Assembly: GCA_902542975.1 (NCBI GenBank) | Contig: CACBWM010000003.1 | Span: 16,807 to 80,806 of the forward strand | Direction of reading: 5' to 3' | Origin: an uncultured Pelagibacteraceae bacterium | GTDB lineage: Bacteria; Pseudomonadota; Alphaproteobacteria; Pelagibacterales; Pelagibacteraceae | DNA length: 64,000 bases | Part shown: positions 59,205 through 64,000 of the stretch, one piece after another | How the letters are laid out: the number at the start of each line of letters is the position of its first letter | Position numbering within the stretch: position 1 is the first letter of the stretch | The notes under the pieces: model-generated | The model's input: only the letters and a program-made list of their open reading frames with translations | The model's database searches: none | Told to the model about the DNA's origin: nothing | Translations under genes and position numbers: made by a program

Positions 59205-60053
59205 ATGGAGATAGTTACAAAAATTGCACCTATAGCGTTAGCACTTATAATGTTAGGTCTTGGATTGGGCTTATCAACTAGAGATTTTTTAAGAGTTATA
59301 AATAATCCAAAAGATTTTACAGTCGGAATAATTTGTCAATTAATCCTTCTCCCAATCGTCGCTTATATTTTACTTCTAATATTAAGATTACCAGTTGAAT
59401 TAGCTTTAGGATTAATGATTATTGCTGCTGCTCCTGGAGGAGTAACATCAAATGTTTTAACAAAATTTGCAAATGGAGATGTTGCATTATCTATTTCGTT
59501 AACAGCAGTAGGTAGTTTAATTAGTATTTTTTCTGTTCCATTTATTGTTTTTTCTTCAGCAAAGTTATTAGGTGTAACTGATTTATCTTCAGACATTACG
59601 ATGACTGGTATTGCTCTTAAAATGGCACTAGTTGTAACTGTGCCAGTAATTTTAGGAATGATAATTAGAAGATTCGCTGAAAACTTTATTTCTTCTAATA
59701 TTAATATTGTAAATAGAATTACAGGTATTTTGTTTATTGTTGTATTTGCAGCAATATGGATTGAGGAAAGAGAAAATATAATATCATACTTAGGTCAGGC
59801 GGGTTTAGCTGTTTTAATATTAAATGTAGTCATGATGATTTTGGCATTTTACATTGCAAAAGGTTTTTCAACTGGAATACCACAGAGAAAGTGTATTTCT
59901 TTAGAATGTGGATTACAAAATGGAACTTTAGCTGTATTTGTAGCAACACAAATTTTCAATGATGTCGCTTACATGGTTCCCACCGCTGCTTATGCATTAA
60001 TAATGTATATAACCGGATTTATATTTATATATATTCTTAAAAATTCTAATTAA
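59205..60053 (+). CDS. Bile acid:sodium symporter (BASS) family transporter
   Basis: MLGLGL, PGGVTSN, GDVALS, ECGLQN. Confidence 0.9.
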   Translation: MEIVTKIAPIALALIMLGLGLGLSTRDFLRVINNPKDFTVGIICQLILLPIVAYILLLILRLPVELALGLMIIAAAPGGVTSNVLTKFANGDVALSISLTAVGSLISIFSVPFIVFSSAKLLGVTDLSSDITMTGIALKMALVVTVPVILGMIIRRFAENFISSNINIVNRITGILFIVVFAAIWIEERENIISYLGQAGLAVLILNVVMMILAFYIAKGFSTGIPQRKCISLECGLQNGTLAVFVATQIFNDVAYMVPTAAYALIMYITGFIFIYILKNSN

Positions 60054-61008
60054 GATTTATTTGATTGTAGGTTCTTTTTATAAAAACATTTATTGATTTT
60101 AAATTTTCATCTTGGATTATCGACATATCTTTAAAATTTTGTTTGCTAACATCAAAATTTATCAATTTATTTTTGTCTAAAGAAATAAATTTATTTTTAG
60201 TTAATTTCTTGATTTTTCTTACTACTGTTGGTCTTGGTATTCCTGTTATTTCAGAAATAGACATTGCATTAATTCCTTTTATTTTTTTATTAATAATTTT
60301 ATCTCTCCATTTATCTAAATAACTATCAACTCCTTTAAGTTGCCTCCCAATTTTTGAATTATTATTCAAAATTATAGTTGCCAAAATAGTAAATATTTCC
60401 ATATCACCAAAATAATTTTTCCACCTTAAACAGTAAGGGAATAAAAATTTATAAAATTGATACCAGCAAAATGAGAAATTATGTTTTATTAAGCTATTAA
60501 TTTCATTACTGGACATTTCATTTTTTATAACTTTTTCTTCTTTTAAAATTTGACTAAAAACAGACAAAAGTGTGCATATATTTTTTAATGTATCATTTGG
60601 CTGTGTTGAATTGTAAGCACTTCTATCTATTGTAATCTTCTTGCCTTTTTTTTTAATTATTCCCTTTTTTTCCAGGGATATAACTTTTCTTCTGACACTT
60701 TCTTTTGGTATTTTAAGATCCTTTGATATTCTTATAAGGTTAATTTTCTCAATCTCTAATGTTTTATCCTTATAAAAATCATTGAAAGTAATATTTAAAT
60801 TATTTCGTCTGTAAAAATCAAACTGCTTACTAATCAAATAAATTAAAATCGTGTAAGTATCTATATCTTTAAACACTTTATAAGCACCGATTGTCCATTC
60901 AGACATAAGTTTTAAAAAAAAAGGACTTAAAATATCAAAATGATTTTTGAAAATTTTATCGATCAGTTCATCATCTAGTTCGGAATTTACACTTGGTAGC
61001 TGCTTCAT
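60046..61008 (-). CDS. Tandem winged-helix DNA-binding protein
   Basis: Two HTH repeats: INLIRISKDLKIPKESVRRKVISLEKKG and INAMSISEITGIPRPTVVRKIKKLTKNK. Confidence 0.75.
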   Translation of the reverse strand: MKQLPSVNSELDDELIDKIFKNHFDILSPFFLKLMSEWTIGAYKVFKDIDTYTILIYLISKQFDFYRRNNLNITFNDFYKDKTLEIEKINLIRISKDLKIPKESVRRKVISLEKKGIIKKKGKKITIDRSAYNSTQPNDTLKNICTLLSVFSQILKEEKVIKNEMSSNEINSLIKHNFSFCWYQFYKFLFPYCLRWKNYFGDMEIFTILATIILNNNSKIGRQLKGVDSYLDKWRDKIINKKIKGINAMSISEITGIPRPTVVRKIKKLTKNKFISLDKNKLINFDVSKQNFKDMSIIQDENLKSINVFIKRTYNQINLN

Positions 61009-61018
61009 AATGTATCAA

Positions 61019-61068
61019 AACCCAATTTGAACAATTTTAAAACTTGAGTCAACCCATTTTGAACAGTT
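61019..61068. repeat. Imperfect 18-bp direct repeat, candidate operator pair
   Basis: AACCCAATTTGAACAATT (61019-61036) and AACCCATTTTGAACAGTT (61051-61068); 16/18 identical, 32-bp period. Confidence 0.75.
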
Positions 61069-61108
61069 AAAATCTGTAAAATTTTTTACTTTATGTTTTA
61101 ATAATTAA

Positions 61109-61315
61109 ATGAGTACTGAAAGCTTAAACAGAACATCTAATATTGAAATACCTGAAAAAAAACGAAGAGTAATTCGAATGTCCCCTCGTAAAGTAAATAT
61201 AGATGTTCTAAAGAAACGAGTAATCACTGAAAAGAAAAAAGAGGCACTTCAGTCAAAAATAATAATACTTTCAGTCTGTTTATCTATCGGAATACTAGGT
61301 TATTTTGCAGGTTAA
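61109..61315 (+). CDS. Small basic protein with C-terminal transmembrane anchor
   Basis: 68 aa, K/R-rich, KVNIDVLKKRV, hydrophobic C-terminal helix; fills the gap and overlaps the stop of the next gene. Confidence 0.65.
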   Translation: MSTESLNRTSNIEIPEKKRRVIRMSPRKVNIDVLKKRVITEKKKEALQSKIIILSVCLSIGILGYFAG

Positions 61316-62322
61316 TTAGTTAAGAGAATATCTAAATCCTTTTTAATATTTTTTGGAATTTTTATAGATTTTTTAAAGTTTGTTTTTGTTCTTAAAAACT
61401 TTTGCTCGCCAGGATAAAAGATTTTTTGTCCTTTTAAATTAGGTATTTTTTTTATTCTTTTAATATTTTTTTTTATCTCTTTTTTATAATCTTTAACAAA
61501 TAGATTGTCTTTAAATGCTAAAAATAAGTGACCGATATTTTGTGGCCCAGAGAAATCATCAAATGGGTCTTTTACTTTGCCACCATGATTACTTCCAACA
61601 AATACTCCAGTTATAATATCTACCATCCAAGCTAATCCAGATCCTCTAAATCCAGCTATTGGAAGTTGTACCCCAGCTAGAGCTTCTTTTGCATTTGTAG
61701 TTGGTTTACCAAATTTGTTTAAAGCAACGCCATATGGTATTTTTTTTCCTAACTTTTCTGCAATCCTAATTTTACCTCTATTAATCATAGACATTGATGT
61801 ATCTAGTATAAACGGAACCTTACTATTTGTTTGAGTTCCAAAACATATTGGATTAGTTCCAAAGACTGATTTTTTTCCACCAAAAGGCGCAATAGCTGGA
61901 GGAGCATTTGTAAATGCGAATGTTATTAAATTTTTTTTAACCGCTTGCTCAACGTAATACCCTGATAGTCCATAATGTCCGCTGTTTTTTACAGCAACTA
62001 ACCCAATCCCTGTTTTTTTTGCATTTTGTATAGTTTTTTTAATTGCTTCATCTGCTGCAACAAAACCAATAGAATTATCAGCATCAATTATTGATATAGA
62101 TTTTGATATATTTTTTACAGTTATTTTAGGTCTCGGATTAATGACTTTTTTTGAGATTCTTTCACAATACATTTTTAAGCGAGACAATCCATGTGAAGGC
62201 GCACCTACAAGTTCCGCATCGATAATTGCATTTGCACAAATAATAGCATGATTTGTTTTTAACCCTCTTTTTATAAAAATTTTTTTAATAATAGATTTAA
62301 TTTTTGTATGATTTACAGACAT
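61312..62322 (-). CDS. Ldh_2 family oxidoreductase (ComC sulfolactate dehydrogenase/AllD-like)
   Basis: G..SHGL.RL..Y, NSGHYG, GTNPICFG, LDTS, GKIR, YPGE. Confidence 0.85.
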   Translation of the reverse strand: MSVNHTKIKSIIKKIFIKRGLKTNHAIICANAIIDAELVGAPSHGLSRLKMYCERISKKVINPRPKITVKNISKSISIIDADNSIGFVAADEAIKKTIQNAKKTGIGLVAVKNSGHYGLSGYYVEQAVKKNLITFAFTNAPPAIAPFGGKKSVFGTNPICFGTQTNSKVPFILDTSMSMINRGKIRIAEKLGKKIPYGVALNKFGKPTTNAKEALAGVQLPIAGFRGSGLAWMVDIITGVFVGSNHGGKVKDPFDDFSGPQNIGHLFLAFKDNLFVKDYKKEIKKNIKRIKKIPNLKGQKIFYPGEQKFLRTKTNFKKSIKIPKNIKKDLDILLTN

Positions 62323-62335
62323 TAATAGAATGAAA

Positions 62336-64000
62336 TTAACCTTTACCTCTCCAAGGTATGGTCTTATCTATAATTTTTCTCAAAGTTACGTCAAAAAGAA
62401 GACCCAACATACCCATTATAAAAATTGTGATCCAAATTACTTCATATTGAAAATACTTTTTGGCAACATTTTCAACAAATCCAATTCCAGTTGTACCTGC
62501 TAAAAATTCTGCTGCAACTAAAGTGCCCCAGCACATACCAACAGCTACTCTAATACCTGTTAAAATTTCAGGTAAAGAATTTGGAAAAATAACATATCTA
62601 AGTATTTGTCTTTTAGAAGCACCAAGAGAATGCGCTGCATGTATTTTAGATAACTGTGTACCTGATGCTCCAGCTCTGGCTGAAATAATCATTATAGATA
62701 ATGAAACCATAAATAATAAAAATACTTTTCCAGTATTATCAATCCCTAAAACCGAGATTATTAAAGGAGCCCATGCAAGAGGAGGTACTGGTCTATAAAG
62801 TTCAATTAATGGATCAAAGAAACCTTTAGCAAATCTATTTAAGCCCATGAAAAGTCCTAATGGTACACCAATCAATATTCCAAAAACTAATCCAAGAAAG
62901 ACTCTTAAAAATGAATCCCAAATATGACCATAAGGAACAGGGATTTTAAATAATTTAAAATCACCAGTAACAATTTTTAAAACTTTACCTTTAAAATTTT
63001 GCTTTACCACACCGTCTTTAGTGTGAACCGGATATTCTCCAGGCAAAACATCAGCTATCCAATCTGGCAATATAAAGCCAATTATCTGGCTTACATCCAT
63101 CAAATCAATCCAAAGAAGTGGGATATTTTTGTAACCTACACTTGGCTTAGACATTAAAATAAATTTATTAAGTGTATCCGAGGGTTTTGGTAACCATCTA
63201 CCTGAACCTTGCTCAGAACAACTAGGACCACTTGCAACTATAGTTCCTGCAGGGAATAAAAGAATGTCAATTAATCTTAAACCTCCTTGCTCAGTTTTTT
63301 GAAGATTATCAAATTCAATAATTGCATTTTGCATTTCATTAAGAGCATTTGGTGGATAAATACTTGCAAATTCAATTCTTCTTGCAATTTTTACAATGTT
63401 TTTTGCGTAAGTAGATGCCACTTCCTCAGTGTCATCTAAATTTTTTCTATATAATTTTATCTCTGATTTAAGTTCTTTTATTGCATTTTTGAATTGAGGA
63501 TTATGGTTTCTTAATTTAAAAAATTTATCATTAATTTTTTTTAATTGTTCAGCTGCAGCGTGAAATTTTAACCCTCTATCTGTTTCAGGCACTAAAGGCA
63601 CTTCAATAGTATTTTCTATTGATCCTGTTCCGGCACTTACAGTTACTATGCCCCAGCTTCCTTGCTCAGCAATTGCTTTTTGTCTTTCATTTTTTTGCTC
63701 TGGTGTTTCAAATGGATAATCTTTCTTTTGAAAATTAGTGCTTAACAATCTAATTTCATTAGTCATCTCATCTATTTTAATTTTTGTGTTAATCTCCATA
63801 AGATTATCGTTAGTAAGTAATGGAATTAATTTGTTTGTTTTATTAATAAAACCAACTAATGCAGTTTTCTGTATGTTGCTTAAATCTGCCGAATTTTGAA
63901 TTTCTAAACTTATTTTTTGAAGATTTTTATTTTCTATTTTTATTATTGATGTACTTTTGAATTCTCTTTCTTCAATTGGAAATTGATATTTTAATCCTAA
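62336..64000 (-). CDS. tauC: Taurine/sulfonate ABC permease with a large N-terminal soluble region (5' end outside window)
   Basis: C-terminal TauC/SsuC core (HIWDSFLRV, RPVPPLAW, AAHSLGAS, WGTLVAAE, PWRGKG); the frame stays open from 63799 to 64000 (LGLKYQFPIEE...DNLME). Confidence 0.75.
   Translation of the reverse strand, partial: LGLKYQFPIEEREFKSTSIIKIENKNLQKISLEIQNSADLSNIQKTALVGFINKTNKLIPLLTNDNLMEINTKIKIDEMTNEIRLLSTNFQKKDYPFETPEQKNERQKAIAEQGSWGIVTVSAGTGSIENTIEVPLVPETDRGLKFHAAAEQLKKINDKFFKLRNHNPQFKNAIKELKSEIKLYRKNLDDTEEVASTYAKNIVKIARRIEFASIYPPNALNEMQNAIIEFDNLQKTEQGGLRLIDILLFPAGTIVASGPSCSEQGSGRWLPKPSDTLNKFILMSKPSVGYKNIPLLWIDLMDVSQIIGFILPDWIADVLPGEYPVHTKDGVVKQNFKGKVLKIVTGDFKLFKIPVPYGHIWDSFLRVFLGLVFGILIGVPLGLFMGLNRFAKGFFDPLIELYRPVPPLAWAPLIISVLGIDNTGKVFLLFMVSLSIMIISARAGASGTQLSKIHAAHSLGASKRQILRYVIFPNSLPEILTGIRVAVGMCWGTLVAAEFLAGTTGIGFVENVAKKYFQYEVIWITIFIMGMLGLLFDVTLRKIIDKTIPWRGKG

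Noticed and set aside
61019-61068. CRISPR or iteron interpretation of the direct repeat
   Set aside because: Only two 18-bp copies with a 14-bp spacer; no cas or rep gene recognised
815-62798. About 30 short ORFs antisense to or nested in long genes (e.g. 815-1033, 21983-22330, 40927-41295, 41745-42107, 56830-57027, 62460-62798)
   Set aside because: They overlap well-supported genes, mostly on the opposite strand, and have no motifs or RBS; typical shadow ORFs
1-64000. tRNA, rRNA, transposase, integrase, prophage or defence genes
   Set aside because: None recognised; intergenic gaps are nearly all too short and all long ORFs have metabolic, transport or regulatory signatures

Overview
Very AT-rich (roughly 30% GC by eye), almost gap-free bacterial DNA with tiny or overlapping intergenic spaces and only one recognisable transcription factor in 64 kb. 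Gene content and style fit a streamlined marine alphaproteobacterium, most likely SAR11/Pelagibacterales (inference). The window is a catabolic and transport region. (1) 1-19.9 kb: inositol/sugar catabolism with iolG, iolE, iolD, extra Gfo/Idh/MocA dehydrogenases, two CUT2 sugar ABC systems, RbsD/FucU, ribokinase and a ROK kinase; no iolB/iolC is visible, and an aldehyde dehydrogenase-HpaI aldolase-hydroxyacid dehydrogenase-pilin-like operon is inserted. (2) 19.9-39 kb: ppc, ccdA, azoR, a BBOX-like dioxygenase, a peptide-family ABC system and a TRAP-lyase-mmsB operon. (3) 39-42.4 kb: a run of small NTF2, alpha/beta-barrel and cupin genes. (4) 42.5-46.9 kb: sulfur handling (cysE, cysK, persulfide dioxygenase, 1-Cys Prx, racemase). 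(5) 48.7-64 kb: an organosulfonate locus (hpsN, pta, ComC-like, giant TauC) containing an uncharacterised module (ATPase-less CUT1 ABC, HAD, MetE-like Zn enzyme, two double-SnoaL proteins, cupin) and a tandem winged-helix protein facing a small membrane-anchored protein across an 18-bp direct repeat. No rRNA, tRNA, CRISPR or mobile element was seen. All calls come from motif recognition, without database searches.
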